Program-made: the position numbers and the translations under genes
The notes under the pieces: generated by a model
Seen by the model: the letters and a program-made list of their open reading frames with translations, nothing else
What the model was told of the DNA's origin: nothing
Database searches by the model: none
DNA from: a virus
Taxonomy: Duplodnaviria > Caudoviricetes
Length of the DNA: 64,000 bases
IMG/VR virus record: IMGVR_UViG_3300005077_000012
Location: 23,220-87,219 of that record
Direction: 5' to 3' (one strand)
Part shown: positions 37,429 to 46,678 of the stretch, in pieces
How positions within the stretch are numbered: the stretch's first letter is position 1
Layout of the letters: each line of letters opens with the position of its first letter

Positions 37429-39012
37429 TCACTGGACGATTATACGCAGGACGCGCTCGTCTCCCATTGACTTCTCAAACGCGGCCCGCCAGTCTTCTCC
37501 GGGCTCCTGCCCATCTTCAGCACCATCGCCACCCGGCTCTCCGCCGTCCCCCGGCAGCATCTCCTCACCGGGGACGCCTCCAGCTTCCGGAAGAGCTCCC
37601 TCATCTCCGCCATCGTCAGGCGCGCCTCCGGGCCCCCCCATCGTCTCGGCCTGCTTCGACTGTGCGTATATCTGAACAGCCTGCGGATTGAGAACAACAT
37701 TCGCGTAATCGTCTTCGATCGGATCATCACCGTCCTCCTCCCGCAGCTCATTGATAGTCTTCGTTGTCTCGATCATCTGCCGCCGTATCTGCATCCGCTG
37801 GAGCTCGTCTTCCCGCTCGATCCCGGTGAACTCAAACGACCACTCCGTCGTGACCTTGCGTATGATCTTACCGACGTGCTGCTCAGCGAACGCCAGCAGT
37901 GAACTCAGGCCGCGATCCCGGGACGCCTTAATCCTCGGCTCCCCACTCTCCCCGATGATCGACTGACTGTCATCCGCCTTGATCCCGATCTCAGCAAGGT
38001 CGATCGAGAACACCGCACCGATAACCGACGACAGGAACATCATGAGCTTGTGATATTCCATGTCCCGGTTCGACTGCCCGAGATTTTTGAAGTCCATGCC
38101 GACGCCCTCTTTCCCGCTCGGCAGGATCGGGATATTCCACGCTCCCCCGGCCCCGCTCATGGCCGCGTACCAGTACCGGCGGATTGAGTCCATCTGCGTC
38201 TGCCCGATGTCCCCCATTACCGATATGAACCCCTTCGGCACCCGGTCCCGGACGAGCTGGTCCCGGATGTAGTTATACCCGAACAGCAGCGTCGTGATCA
38301 GGTCAATGCACTGCTCAACCGGAGAGTAACCCCAGCCACGGAACCGCAGGTCCACCCGCTTGTTCTTGTAGTCGAACAGCAGGTCCTCGGACGTGTACTG
38401 GTTGTAAATTTTGTTGTCGATCTCTTGAACGAACCTGATGTCCTTCTTGAATGGACTCTGGTCCACCTCGGTAGTCACGCGCTTGATGTACGCCCCGTCC
38501 AGCAACCAGAACGCGATCGCCTCGCCCTTCCGGTTGTACTGTATCTCGGTCGCCACCTGATCGATGACCAGCGTCTCCCGGATCAGCATCGACAGGTAGT
38601 CGCTGAAGTCGTCCTCGCGGTCTGCATCATACTTGAACCCGGTCTGATCTATGAAGTTATGCAGCTCCCGGATCAGGGCCTGATCCCCCTTGACCGACTC
38701 CTTCCCGTCCCCGTCCATCGTCCGGATCAAATGAAACCCGCGCTTGCCACGCTCCTCGGTGAACTTCGTGAACGGCAGGCACTGGTCGATCCGTGCGTTG
38801 ACGATTGCGTTGATCAGCGGAATACGGTCCACGGTGTTGCGGATCGTAATGTAATTTATTCGGAGCAGCTTCTCCCGGACTCCCCGGAGTGCCCCTGACT
38901 GGACGAACGACATATACTCGGGCATACTCAGCAGTGATTGGAGCTTCGCTGCAGTCGCCTCCATGTTGATCAAGGCCGACCGCCTCTCTCCACGCTTCGT
39001 ACGCTTCGCCAT
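37429..39012 (-). CDS. Portal protein
   Basis: Twort/K-like portal motifs (LVIDQVA.E...R.G....F..LDG..I, GYSPVEQ, NRDME(Y/F)..L......F.ID..EIG, S.D.GL..LL); start MAKRT after GGAG. Confidence 0.9.
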   Translation of the reverse strand: MAKRTKRGERRSALINMEATAAKLQSLLSMPEYMSFVQSGALRGVREKLLRINYITIRNTVDRIPLINAIVNARIDQCLPFTKFTEERGKRGFHLIRTMDGDGKESVKGDQALIRELHNFIDQTGFKYDADREDDFSDYLSMLIRETLVIDQVATEIQYNRKGEAIAFWLLDGAYIKRVTTEVDQSPFKKDIRFVQEIDNKIYNQYTSEDLLFDYKNKRVDLRFRGWGYSPVEQCIDLITTLLFGYNYIRDQLVRDRVPKGFISVMGDIGQTQMDSIRRYWYAAMSGAGGAWNIPILPSGKEGVGMDFKNLGQSNRDMEYHKLMMFLSSVIGAVFSIDLAEIGIKADDSQSIIGESGEPRIKASRDRGLSSLLAFAEQHVGKIIRKVTTEWSFEFTGIEREDELQRMQIRRQMIETTKTINELREEDGDDPIEDDYANVVLNPQAVQIYAQSKQAETMGGPGGAPDDGGDEGALPEAGGVPGEEMLPGDGGEPGGDGAEDGQEPGEDWRAAFEKSMGDERVLRIIVQ

Positions 39013-39065
39013 TCGTTTCTCCGATGTGTGTGTAGTGTGTGAGCCTTCCCTCTCTCTCACCATCT

Positions 39066-39094
39066 ATAATATATTATGTCGCCTGAAAAAGCAA
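39066..39094 (-). promoter_or_regulatory. Possible sigma70-like promoter for the portal gene
   Basis: TTGCTT-N17-TATTAT in an AT-rich intergenic stretch. Confidence 0.4.
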
Positions 39095-39238
39095 GTACTT
39101 TTTCTGTACGCGCCGTTCCACCACCTGCACCTATATAATAACGAGAGCGATACAACCACGTATCGCCCCCTACTGACCCACCCATGAGACACAATACCCC
39201 TTGTGTCTCACATACCGTCCCCCGTGAGACGCAATCCG

Positions 39239-39466
39239 TCACGTACAGACCGGGGACGACGTCACCACGTATCCCGGGCTGCATCGCCAGCACTCCGTCA
39301 CGGTCGGACTGTACACGGAACCGCACCGGGGGCACTGCCACCCGAACTGCAGCGGCACCGACGGCACCCTGTTCTTACAGGGCCAGCACACCCCGTCCAC
39401 GTCCGCGCTCGTCAATTCCTTCCCGCATATCCTACACCCTGACATCACTTCCCTCCGCGCCCGCAT
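39239..39466 (-). CDS. Small multi-CxxC zinc-finger protein
   Basis: CRIC, CWPC, CPRC, CWRC pairs in 75 aa. Confidence 0.55.
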   Translation of the reverse strand: MRARREVMSGCRICGKELTSADVDGVCWPCKNRVPSVPLQFGWQCPRCGSVYSPTVTECWRCSPGYVVTSSPVCT

Positions 39467-39513
39467 ACCCGATAGTAATTCTCGTTGTATAACCTTCTGA
39501 CTTAATTTGTTTT

Positions 39514-40272
39514 TTAATTTTTACGCACTTGACTCGTCATCCGTGCCTCGCAAGCCGTCTTAATGCGCTCTTCCGCAATTTCAAAATACTTATACTCTTT
39601 CTCTATTCCGATAAATCCCCTGCTTGTATTGACACAAGCAACACCGGTTGAACCGCTCCCCATTGCATTATCTAAAACACAGTCATTATCCATCGAATAA
39701 GTTCGGATGAGATATTCTAAAAGCTCAACTGGCTTTTGCGTAGGATGGACTGGTGGGTGGGGCACTGGAAATTTTAATAGAGTTCTCGGATATTTTATAT
39801 TGTCCACCAGATTCCCGTTTACATTTGTTCGCCTGCCCTGTGTAGAACCATCAAACACTTTACCCTTTGATTTTCCGATTGAATGACTCGGTTCCCCATA
39901 CCTCTCCATAATCGGATTATACTTTTTTGCCATAAACACAGAGATACACTCAATATTTCTCATCGGCTGTTTTTTAGCATTAAGAAAATTACTTGCCCTA
40001 TCTCTCTGCCAATACCAGTCATATTTGTAATCTTTTATGTTACTCATTCGTGTAGCTGACGCAAATGGCTCGCCACCAAAAAGGACAACCGCACCTCCGT
40101 CTTTAATTATTCGTTTGTAGTTTTTCCATAGCAATTCAAACGGAATAACAACGTCCCACTTACACGCAGTTTTTCCATACGGTAAATCAGCCAATACCAT
40201 ATCAATACTTTTATCCGGTATTGACGGCATAATCTCCAAACAATCGCCGCGATATAACTGTATTTTTTTCAT
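39514..40272 (-). CDS. DNA N4-C/N6-A methyltransferase, beta class
   Basis: GDCLEIM, DLPYG (motif IV), HPTQKPVELLEYLI, VLDNAMGSGSTGVA, FIGIE; markedly AT-rich. Confidence 0.9.
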   Translation of the reverse strand: MKKIQLYRGDCLEIMPSIPDKSIDMVLADLPYGKTACKWDVVIPFELLWKNYKRIIKDGGAVVLFGGEPFASATRMSNIKDYKYDWYWQRDRASNFLNAKKQPMRNIECISVFMAKKYNPIMERYGEPSHSIGKSKGKVFDGSTQGRRTNVNGNLVDNIKYPRTLLKFPVPHPPVHPTQKPVELLEYLIRTYSMDNDCVLDNAMGSGSTGVACVNTSRGFIGIEKEYKYFEIAEERIKTACEARMTSQVRKN

Positions 40273-40300
40273 GTCGCTCATACATTTGCACATTACATTT

Positions 40301-40510
40301 TTACACTCCATCACTTCCCTCCAGCCACCGCCTTTGATACCTATCCGGGAACTTCACACCGCGCTTCCGCTCGATATCCGCCATACGAAAATACCCGTAT
40401 GACGGAACGCCCGCAGTTTTCGGAACAATGTTATATAAAGCACACTGATCCCCCACAGCAACCCTGAGATAGTAATCATACTTATCGTCACTATGGACTC
40501 TCGTCATCAC
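40301..40510 (-). CDS. Hypothetical protein
   Basis: 69-aa ORF in a tightly packed run. Confidence 0.55.
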   Translation of the reverse strand: MMTRVHSDDKYDYYLRVAVGDQCALYNIVPKTAGVPSYGYFRMADIERKRGVKFPDRYQRRWLEGSDGV

Positions 40511-40716
40511 TCCCCTCCCGCATACCCGAACGCTAAAAAACCCCCGTCATACTTGTTCCCACACGCCCGGAGCTCAAACTCTTTGCCCCCCTTCGTTATG
40601 ACATACAGCTCGCCATTCCCGAAGTCAACGTATCTGATCTTATCCGCACCTATAAACTCCCCGAACTCCTGCAACTGCTCCCTGTGCCGATCGGACCCCG
40701 CGTTCTCAATTACCAT
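40507..40716 (-). CDS. Hypothetical protein
   Basis: Start MVIENAG at 40716 after GGAGG; the longer track ORF overlaps the upstream gene. Confidence 0.55.
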   Translation of the reverse strand: MVIENAGSDRHREQLQEFGEFIGADKIRYVDFGNGELYVITKGGKEFELRACGNKYDGGFLAFGYAGGE

Positions 40717-41159
40717 CACTTCCCTCCGGCATAATCGTCCAGCTTCCGCCAGCGAACGTCGCCGACCTCGCTGAACGCCACCCGCTTCCCCCGAAACCCG
40801 AGAACCGTCCCCCGGTATGTCTGGACCCCTTCCCGGACCCGGAGCTTCCCGGCCACGAACTTCCGCCCAACATCCGTGACCGACCACGCCCCTGACTCCC
40901 GGCCCTTCACGACCATCCCCCAATAGACCAGCTTCTGAATATTGCACATCTGCTCATGCGTGAACAACCCGGAATTCCGTAAATGCACCCCATTCCGGGA
41001 CGACTTCCCCTCAGTCTTTGCCAGCAGCTCCAACGCCTGACAGAGCGGCCGGTTCAACCGGTGCCAGTACTTCACCATCTTTGCGCCGCAATGCGGACAA
41101 ACCTCGGATTCAACTTGTGTAACGTCTTCCATCGCAACCCCCATATTATGAAACATCAT
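40716..41159 (-). CDS. Zn-ribbon plus winged-helix-like hypothetical protein
   Basis: CPHCG followed by a helical domain ending in the G.W..T..G..F pattern. Confidence 0.55.
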   Translation of the reverse strand: MMFHNMGVAMEDVTQVESEVCPHCGAKMVKYWHRLNRPLCQALELLAKTEGKSSRNGVHLRNSGLFTHEQMCNIQKLVYWGMVVKGRESGAWSVTDVGRKFVAGKLRVREGVQTYRGTVLGFRGKRVAFSEVGDVRWRKLDDYAGGK

Positions 41160-41202
41160 TCCCTGCCACCCACCCTTTCCGTATTTCTCCTCTCCCGAGC
41201 CC

Positions 41203-41382
41203 TTACTTCTTCACATCTACCGGCGCAACCGCAGCCGACGCGTCAACTACCGCATCCACGACCGGCGCAACACAGCCGAGCTTCTGCTTCAGACCGAACG
41301 CACCGGCCAGTATCACCAGCGCGCTGATAATCGCAGACATCTTCTTCGGGTTACCCGTAACCCACTCGATAATTTTGGTCAT
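41203..41382 (-). CDS. Small membrane protein
   Basis: MTKIIEW...MSAIISALVILAGAFGL, one TM segment; GGAGG RBS. Confidence 0.55.
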   Translation of the reverse strand: MTKIIEWVTGNPKKMSAIISALVILAGAFGLKQKLGCVAPVVDAVVDASAAVAPVDVKK

Positions 41383-41446
41383 TCCATGACCTCCTGCTAT
41401 TGATACCCGGCAGACGACCGCCGGGAATGAGACCCCTGCAAAATTC

Positions 41447-41617
41447 CTATAAACGCAAACCGCCACCCCGAAACAGGAACCCGCCGATCAGAACACCAAC
41501 CGACAGGATTCCCAGATGGAGCCAGATCGGAACCGCAACTGACAGCACCACGGCCCCCATCAGACCGACCGCCCACCAGAACAACAGTCCGAATAAGAAC
41601 GCCGGTATGATCCGCAT
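41447..41617 (-). CDS. Small two-TM membrane protein (not in ORF track)
   Basis: Manual translation MRIIPAFLFGLLFWWAVGLMGAVVLSVAVPIWLHLGILSVGVLIGGFLFRGGGLRL*. Confidence 0.55.
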   Translation of the reverse strand: MRIIPAFLFGLLFWWAVGLMGAVVLSVAVPIWLHLGILSVGVLIGGFLFRGGGLRL

Positions 41618-41799
41618 CACTTTTTCCTCGGACGCCCCGGCCCGGGCTGCACTTCCCGGCGGAGCTTGTCCATGACCTGCGTCGTAATCATGTAATCCCG
41701 TCCGAAGCGATCCACGCCGATCCGGTTACAGTGCATCTGGACCGCCCGTATGGACACCTTCAGCTCCTTCGCCGCCTGACTGCTCGTAATAATAGCCAT
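41617..41799 (-). CDS. HTH DNA-binding protein with AT-hook-like tail
   Basis: TSSQAAKELKVSIRAVQMHC...G...GRDY.I and terminal PGRPRKK. Confidence 0.65.
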   Translation of the reverse strand: MAIITSSQAAKELKVSIRAVQMHCNRIGVDRFGRDYMITTQVMDKLRREVQPGPGRPRKK

Positions 41800-41856
41800 C
41801 ACATTACCTCCTTTTTCTTTATGGCGTAAATATACACGCCCATGAGCCCCCGTCAA

Positions 41857-42066
41857 CTAATTTTCAAGCCACTCCGCTTCCATCTCCCTCAGATACTCCT
41901 TCGCGGAGTCCGGCAGCACCCGAACCTCCAGCAACCGATCGAAGTGCTCCTCCGCCCGGTTACACGTCAGACAGACGTACACCCCGGGCCTCCTGCGGGA
42001 CTCAAACGTCGTATCCCCCAGAACCCCGCCACATCTCGGACACTTACACTTCTCCTTCATACACAA
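41857..42066 (-). CDS. Small zinc-finger protein
   Basis: CPRCGG...SRR...YVCLTC. Confidence 0.55.
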   Translation of the reverse strand: MCMKEKCKCPRCGGVLGDTTFESRRRPGVYVCLTCNRAEEHFDRLLEVRVLPDSAKEYLREMEAEWLEN

Positions 42067-42071
42067 CCTCC

Positions 42072-42293
42072 TTATCGGATCAAGTCCACATAGTCACCAA
42101 AATACTTGTCGAAGACCTGCAGCAGGTTCTCGTAGTCCCCCGCCGTCATCTCCGCACGTATCACACCCCATTCAAGGCCGAGCTGCTTCGCAAGGCCCCT
42201 CGCCCGGACCATCAGGACGAACGCATTACCGTCAGGACCACACAGATCAATCACCTCACGGCGGTCCGGAACATCCTCTCTACACAGAATCAT
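42072..42293 (-). CDS. Conserved phage hypothetical protein (GPDGNAF motif)
   Basis: IDLCGPDGNAF.L....M..GDYE.L...F..YF, a recurrent small phage family. Confidence 0.65.
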   Translation of the reverse strand: MILCREDVPDRREVIDLCGPDGNAFVLMVRARGLAKQLGLEWGVIRAEMTAGDYENLLQVFDKYFGDYVDLIR

Positions 42294-42475
42294 ACTTCCC
42301 TCCTCTCCAACCTCCCGGTATTCAACAACGCCTCAGCAACGCGCTGATAATCCCGGGGCAGCTCCGGCAGCACCCCGGCATCGAGAATGAGCTGGAACCC
42401 ATCAATGAACTCCAGCTCAGACATCACGCGTCCGGTCTCGTAGCGATCCATAAACGCTCGTACTTCGGGAGTCAT
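42290..42475 (-). CDS. Hypothetical protein
   Basis: 61-aa ORF with overlapping start/stop codons on both sides. Confidence 0.55.
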   Translation of the reverse strand: MTPEVRAFMDRYETGRVMSELEFIDGFQLILDAGVLPELPRDYQRVAEALLNTGRLERREV

Positions 42476-42846
42476 ACGGCCACCACCTTCAGCGGCCGGT
42501 ACTGAACCAGATCAAGGTCCTCCGGCGTCAGTTCGAGCTTGTCGAACCCGCACGGAGCCACGATCAGGACTTCATTCTCCTCGTAGTCGACCAGTATGTC
42601 GCCCACGCTCATGCTCGTATGGTGAACCCCGGCGTCCTTCGCTGCCGTGCGCTTGTCATGCCACCCGGCCCAGCGGTCAGCCTGCAACCGCTCCCACGCC
42701 GCGTCCGGCCCCTCGGCCGTGACATACGACACCAGCGCATACTGCGCCTCGAACTCCTCGCGGGTCCTCGGCACTGACTTGTCCCACATCCCGTATCCGA
42801 ACCTCGGCTCACGGGCGTAATACCCAGCAAATAATCTCGTTTCCAT
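42472..42846 (-). CDS. YodL-like domain protein
   Basis: HTSMSVGDILV...V.PCGF matches the YodL (H/R)S(L/M)SVSD...GF signature. Confidence 0.55.
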   Translation of the reverse strand: METRLFAGYYAREPRFGYGMWDKSVPRTREEFEAQYALVSYVTAEGPDAAWERLQADRWAGWHDKRTAAKDAGVHHTSMSVGDILVDYEENEVLIVAPCGFDKLELTPEDLDLVQYRPLKVVAV

Positions 42847-42847
42847 G

Positions 42848-43114
42848 CTATCCCTCCACTTCGTCTTCATACTGGTCTATGACACAGCTCGTTATGTACT
42901 TGTACTTCGCTTCGTCCGCATTGTACGCGTTACCCTTCCAGACCACCTCGCTTCCCTGCCACACCTCGAACCACGGGTTCCTTCCCAAGTCGCTCCTCCA
43001 GACCGTCAGGCCCTTCACATGGTCGCCCATCCCGAACGCCCGGGCCCGCGCCTTCGCGTCCCTCAGCATCAACCGGCAGAAGAGCCTGCTCGTTTTAGTT
43101 TGTTTTGTTCTCAT
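42848..43114 (-). CDS. Hypothetical early protein
   Basis: Start MRTKQ at 43114 after AGGAG-like RBS. Confidence 0.55.
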   Translation of the reverse strand: MRTKQTKTSRLFCRLMLRDAKARARAFGMGDHVKGLTVWRSDLGRNPWFEVWQGSEVVWKGNAYNADEAKYKYITSCVIDQYEDEVEG

Positions 43115-43124
43115 CTCAATCCTC

Positions 43125-43694
43125 CTACTTGTTGTACTCTTTGAACTTCCGACTGTATGTCGCCAGCGTCGCCTTGCGCCGTTTCTCGATGTACGCCACC
43201 CGGTCAGCATCGCTGCTGAACGTGTTATCCGGCTGCGCGGCTCCGAACCCATTCCCGTTCCGGGTAGCCTTCGCACACACCGTGTACTCCGTTATCACCG
43301 CATCACCTTCAACAACAAAGTGTTCGTACAGGTGAACGTTGAGTCCGATCCTGCGTCCCTTGTTATCTACAAGACCCAGATCGATAGCAACGTTCCGGGA
43401 CTTCGTGTATGCCAGCTCATTATACTCCTTTTCCGCTGCGGCGCATACGGCATACGCCGCATCCGCTTCGGCATTCAACCGCTGATACTCGGCGTTTTCT
43501 GCGAGACGCTTGTCGTTGATCTTGTGGTTGTCTGCCAACCACCACCGATCTCCATACTTCGCCTTCAGGTCTGCGTAGACCTGAGTCATTGACGCATGGT
43601 ACACTTCGTACCTCGCGTCGGCGGATGTGCGGTACACTTCGTACACTTCGTTCATCCGTTTCTCGGCTGCCTGTAGTTTGTCTTTAAGTTCCAT
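43125..43694 (-). CDS. Hypothetical early protein
   Basis: Start MELKDK after GGAGG, directly downstream of the promoter at 43724-43752. Confidence 0.7.
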   Translation of the reverse strand: MELKDKLQAAEKRMNEVYEVYRTSADARYEVYHASMTQVYADLKAKYGDRWWLADNHKINDKRLAENAEYQRLNAEADAAYAVCAAAEKEYNELAYTKSRNVAIDLGLVDNKGRRIGLNVHLYEHFVVEGDAVITEYTVCAKATRNGNGFGAAQPDNTFSSDADRVAYIEKRRKATLATYSRKFKEYNK

Positions 43695-43723
43695 CTTGTT
43701 ACCTCCACTCTCAATCTGTAAAC

Positions 43724-43752
43724 AATATACGCACAAGCGCAGAATAAGTCAA
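43724..43752 (-). promoter_or_regulatory. sigma70-like early promoter
   Basis: TTGACT-tattctgcgcttgtgcg(17)-TATATT. Confidence 0.75.
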
Positions 43753-43790
43753 GCGTTTTCTACTATTTTTTTCGTTTTTCCGTAAATTTT

Positions 43791-44204
43791 TCAATTTTCA
43801 CGGATACCCTTCCGGGCCCGCTTCGCAGCGTACAGCATCCCGGTAGACTGAATGGACACCAGCCGCCGGTCCAGCGTCTTGACATCGATCGAATAACGTT
43901 TCGACTCAAGGTACTTCCCGCGTGACCCCTGCGGATACACCACCATCCGCAACTCCGGCCCGTCTTCGGTCGAGTAACCGAAGAAGCTCACAACCTTGAC
44001 CCACTCCCCACCGGTCAGCTCAATGACGTACCCTTCCCGAACACCCCGCTCTTCCGCACACTCCCGGGCATACCGCTCCAGAAGCATCTGCACCACCTTC
44101 TCCGCCGACCTCCGTCTCTCGGTAGCCACCTTCTCCGCTGCGTCGGCCTCTTTGTAGTCCTCAATCGACCGCCTTACCATATCCAGTGTTATTGCACTCG
44201 CCAT
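43791..44204 (-). CDS. Hypothetical protein
   Basis: Start MASAIT after GGAGG. Confidence 0.6.
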   Translation of the reverse strand: MASAITLDMVRRSIEDYKEADAAEKVATERRRSAEKVVQMLLERYARECAEERGVREGYVIELTGGEWVKVVSFFGYSTEDGPELRMVVYPQGSRGKYLESKRYSIDVKTLDRRLVSIQSTGMLYAAKRARKGIREN

Positions 44205-44214
44205 GACCGTCCTC

Positions 44215-44523
44215 CTACCTGTTCCCGAAAAAGAAGTCGTATACCGCGTTATCGCGGGTCGCGTCCTTCTTCCCCGGACCCCAATTCGACCGGTCCGTAT
44301 AACAATTCGCACGAACCACCCGGTATACATTCTCAAGTCCCCACGCACACCAGTACGACCGCGTCGCGGACTCCTGCTTCTGCACGAACCCGATGTGTCT
44401 GCCGTTGAACCAGACCGCGTACGATCCATCATCCGCCTTAACATACTTGATCAGGTCCATGTCTATGTCATGGACTGTCAGTCTGACTCTCAGGGCCTCA
44501 TCCCTGCCACACACCACAGTCAC
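44215..44523 (-). CDS. Hypothetical protein
   Basis: 102-aa ORF in the early run. Confidence 0.55.
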   Translation of the reverse strand: MTVVCGRDEALRVRLTVHDIDMDLIKYVKADDGSYAVWFNGRHIGFVQKQESATRSYWCAWGLENVYRVVRANCYTDRSNWGPGKKDATRDNAVYDFFFGNR

Positions 44524-44818
44524 CCGATCCAGTATCGACTTTTCGACACACTCCAGATCGAACGCCAGTGTATCTATAGAATTTCCGCAACCGCCTGATC
44601 CTCTCGTTCCGGAGCGTATCCATCAGGACCGATCCCTCAAATATTCCAATCTTCCCCGCCTGATCCTTGACGTACGCCGCAGCAGCCTCCTCCACCGCTT
44701 CCTGCTTCTGCGCGATCCGCTCCTCCAACTTCTTCAAATCATCCTGAAGAACCCGGCGGATCATGTCCCGACCTTCCAGAACTTTGTACAGTTTCCCGCT
44801 CGTTTCCATCTCAATCAC
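44498..44818 (-). CDS. Hypothetical coiled-coil protein
   Basis: First ORF after the promoter at 44857-44885; GAGG RBS. Confidence 0.6.
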   Translation of the reverse strand: MIEMETSGKLYKVLEGRDMIRRVLQDDLKKLEERIAQKQEAVEEAAAAYVKDQAGKIGIFEGSVLMDTLRNERIRRLRKFYRYTGVRSGVCRKVDTGSGDCGVWQG

Positions 44819-44856
44819 CTCGTTTTTAGTTCGGCGTTATCCGCCTTGTTGTATGT

Positions 44857-44885
44857 AATATACGCACAGGCGCAAAATAAGTCAA
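44857..44885 (-). promoter_or_regulatory. sigma70-like early promoter
   Basis: TTGACT-tattttgcgcctgtgcg(17)-TATATT; spacer differs from that at 43724 by 2 nt. Confidence 0.75.
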
Positions 44886-44981
44886 GTATTTTTTCTCGAA
44901 AACGATAATTTTTTTCAAAAAGCAGGCCGATCCAGCACCCCTACCAGACCGGCCCGAATGGCATGGCACAATCCTACGCCA

Positions 44982-45626
44982 TTATATCCGCATCGACACC
45001 ACCGCATCGATCCGGGTCGGATTATACCGCGTGAACAGCCTCACCGGATACCGCATCTCCTTCGCCGCGTTCGGGGCCGGAAACCCACGGAGCCCGTCCC
45101 CATACGGGTCATGCGTAATGATCTCCGCCAGACCCTTCCGATCGAACCCGACGGCACAGTTAACGTGCCCCCCAACCCGGGAGACGGAACTGAAGTTCCC
45201 GGCCAGCATCATCGGCAACCCGGTTTCGAGAATTTTTGCACAGTACGCGTCATAGTTCGGAAACGCCACATACTCGGCCCGGAACCCGTGTTCCTCCATC
45301 AACCGGGTGAACGCATACGCCTCAACCGCAAATATCTGCCTGCGCGCGTTCCCCCGCTTAACGTAATCCACCATCCAGCTCCCGAACTTCTGATCGTTTG
45401 CAACCATCCACTGCCACGTCTCATCGTCATCGATCAGATGGTTGATGTAATCCTCCAACTGCGTCGTCCCCCGACACCCAACAGCCGTCTTATCATACCC
45501 GAGCTGGCCCAGACAATACGCCATCATCATCGCATTACTGGTCGGCGCACACGAATACGCCGGAGCGTACTGGTTGTCCGCCTGCGTATACAGAGGGACC
45601 CCGTCAATTATGAACTCGCTTTCCAT
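44982..45626 (-). CDS. C39-like (papain-fold) cysteine peptidase
   Basis: Y.Q.DN......SCAPTS..M (catalytic Cys), GHV..AVG (His), ITHDPYG (Asp). Confidence 0.75.
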   Translation of the reverse strand: MESEFIIDGVPLYTQADNQYAPAYSCAPTSNAMMMAYCLGQLGYDKTAVGCRGTTQLEDYINHLIDDDETWQWMVANDQKFGSWMVDYVKRGNARRQIFAVEAYAFTRLMEEHGFRAEYVAFPNYDAYCAKILETGLPMMLAGNFSSVSRVGGHVNCAVGFDRKGLAEIITHDPYGDGLRGFPAPNAAKEMRYPVRLFTRYNPTRIDAVVSMRI

Positions 45627-45635
45627 AGTACCTCA

Positions 45636-46127
45636 CTATTGTAATTTCTGCCCGCTAACCGGGCCGTAGAAGGGCGGCATATCCTGAGTCCCGGAGACGT
45701 CCGCAAACATCGACATCACCGCACTCACGGCAGGGAACCTCCAGCAAGACCCGGCCGGGTCCCCTTCCAGATTTCCATAATACCCGCTAAACGGGCGGAC
45801 GCCGTGCCCCTCAGAGTCCAGCAGCAGCATCCGAAACATGGTAACCTTGCCGGACGCCGTAGCCTGCACTCCACGGGCAACCACCATCAGATAATCCCCG
45901 GGGTCCGCATGAACCGCCAGCGGTCTCCCGGCACGGACAACAACGTCGTCGCAGACTTCGCTGGCAACGACACCATCCAACGACAGGGATACAATATCAC
46001 CCGCCGCACACAACAAATACGCAACCATGACCTTGAACTCAGTCCCGGCCATGCTATCCTTAACATCAAAAACATTTACAACCATCAAAACTCCATTGCA
46101 GGCCCGGAAGAGGGCTCCCGTGAGCAT
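45636..46127 (-). CDS. Hypothetical protein
   Basis: 163-aa ORF; start may be MVVNVF. Confidence 0.55.
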   Translation of the reverse strand: MLTGALFRACNGVLMVVNVFDVKDSMAGTEFKVMVAYLLCAAGDIVSLSLDGVVASEVCDDVVVRAGRPLAVHADPGDYLMVVARGVQATASGKVTMFRMLLLDSEGHGVRPFSGYYGNLEGDPAGSCWRFPAVSAVMSMFADVSGTQDMPPFYGPVSGQKLQ

Positions 46128-46252
46128 CCGGGCGGCACCCTTTTGTCCGGCCGGAACCCAGACCCTACTAACCGGTCGACGCGTTACGTGTTCGGGCCAT
46201 CGGTCGACTCTCCCGGGAACGCCCCTTCAGGGCCTGCAAAATTTCTATAAAC

Positions 46253-46678
46253 TCACCGGCCGTCCTCCAGAGCCTTCAGCTTATCCCGGGCATCGGCCTC
46301 GATCCCCAGCAGGCTCCCAGACAACTTCGCCAGCATATCCCGGAGCGCGGTTACCTGAACCGCGATCTCGGACGCGATGTGCAGGTTCCCCTGCGCACCT
46401 TTGACCGCACAGAACCGCAACTCCTCTGCGTCTCTGATCTTCTTCTTGAACTCCTCAATCTCCTTCCCCTTCCTGCGGAGCTGATTTTCGGTCTCTGTCA
46501 GGATCAAGTGTGTCGCACGCTCCATCCTGATCCGTTCGGACTCCATCCGGTCCTCCCACTCACAGTCCTTCGCTGCAGACTCGTCCCGGCGTACCCGGTC
46601 ACATAACTCTTTCAGCTCGTCTTTGTGAAAATAATCCCGGCCCCAGAATTTCCGAACATACCAGTCAACTAAACCCAT
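46253..46678 (-). CDS. Coiled-coil hypothetical protein
   Basis: Start MGLVDW after GAGG; heptad-rich sequence. Confidence 0.6.
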   Translation of the reverse strand: MGLVDWYVRKFWGRDYFHKDELKELCDRVRRDESAAKDCEWEDRMESERIRMERATHLILTETENQLRRKGKEIEEFKKKIRDAEELRFCAVKGAQGNLHIASEIAVQVTALRDMLAKLSGSLLGIEADARDKLKALEDGR

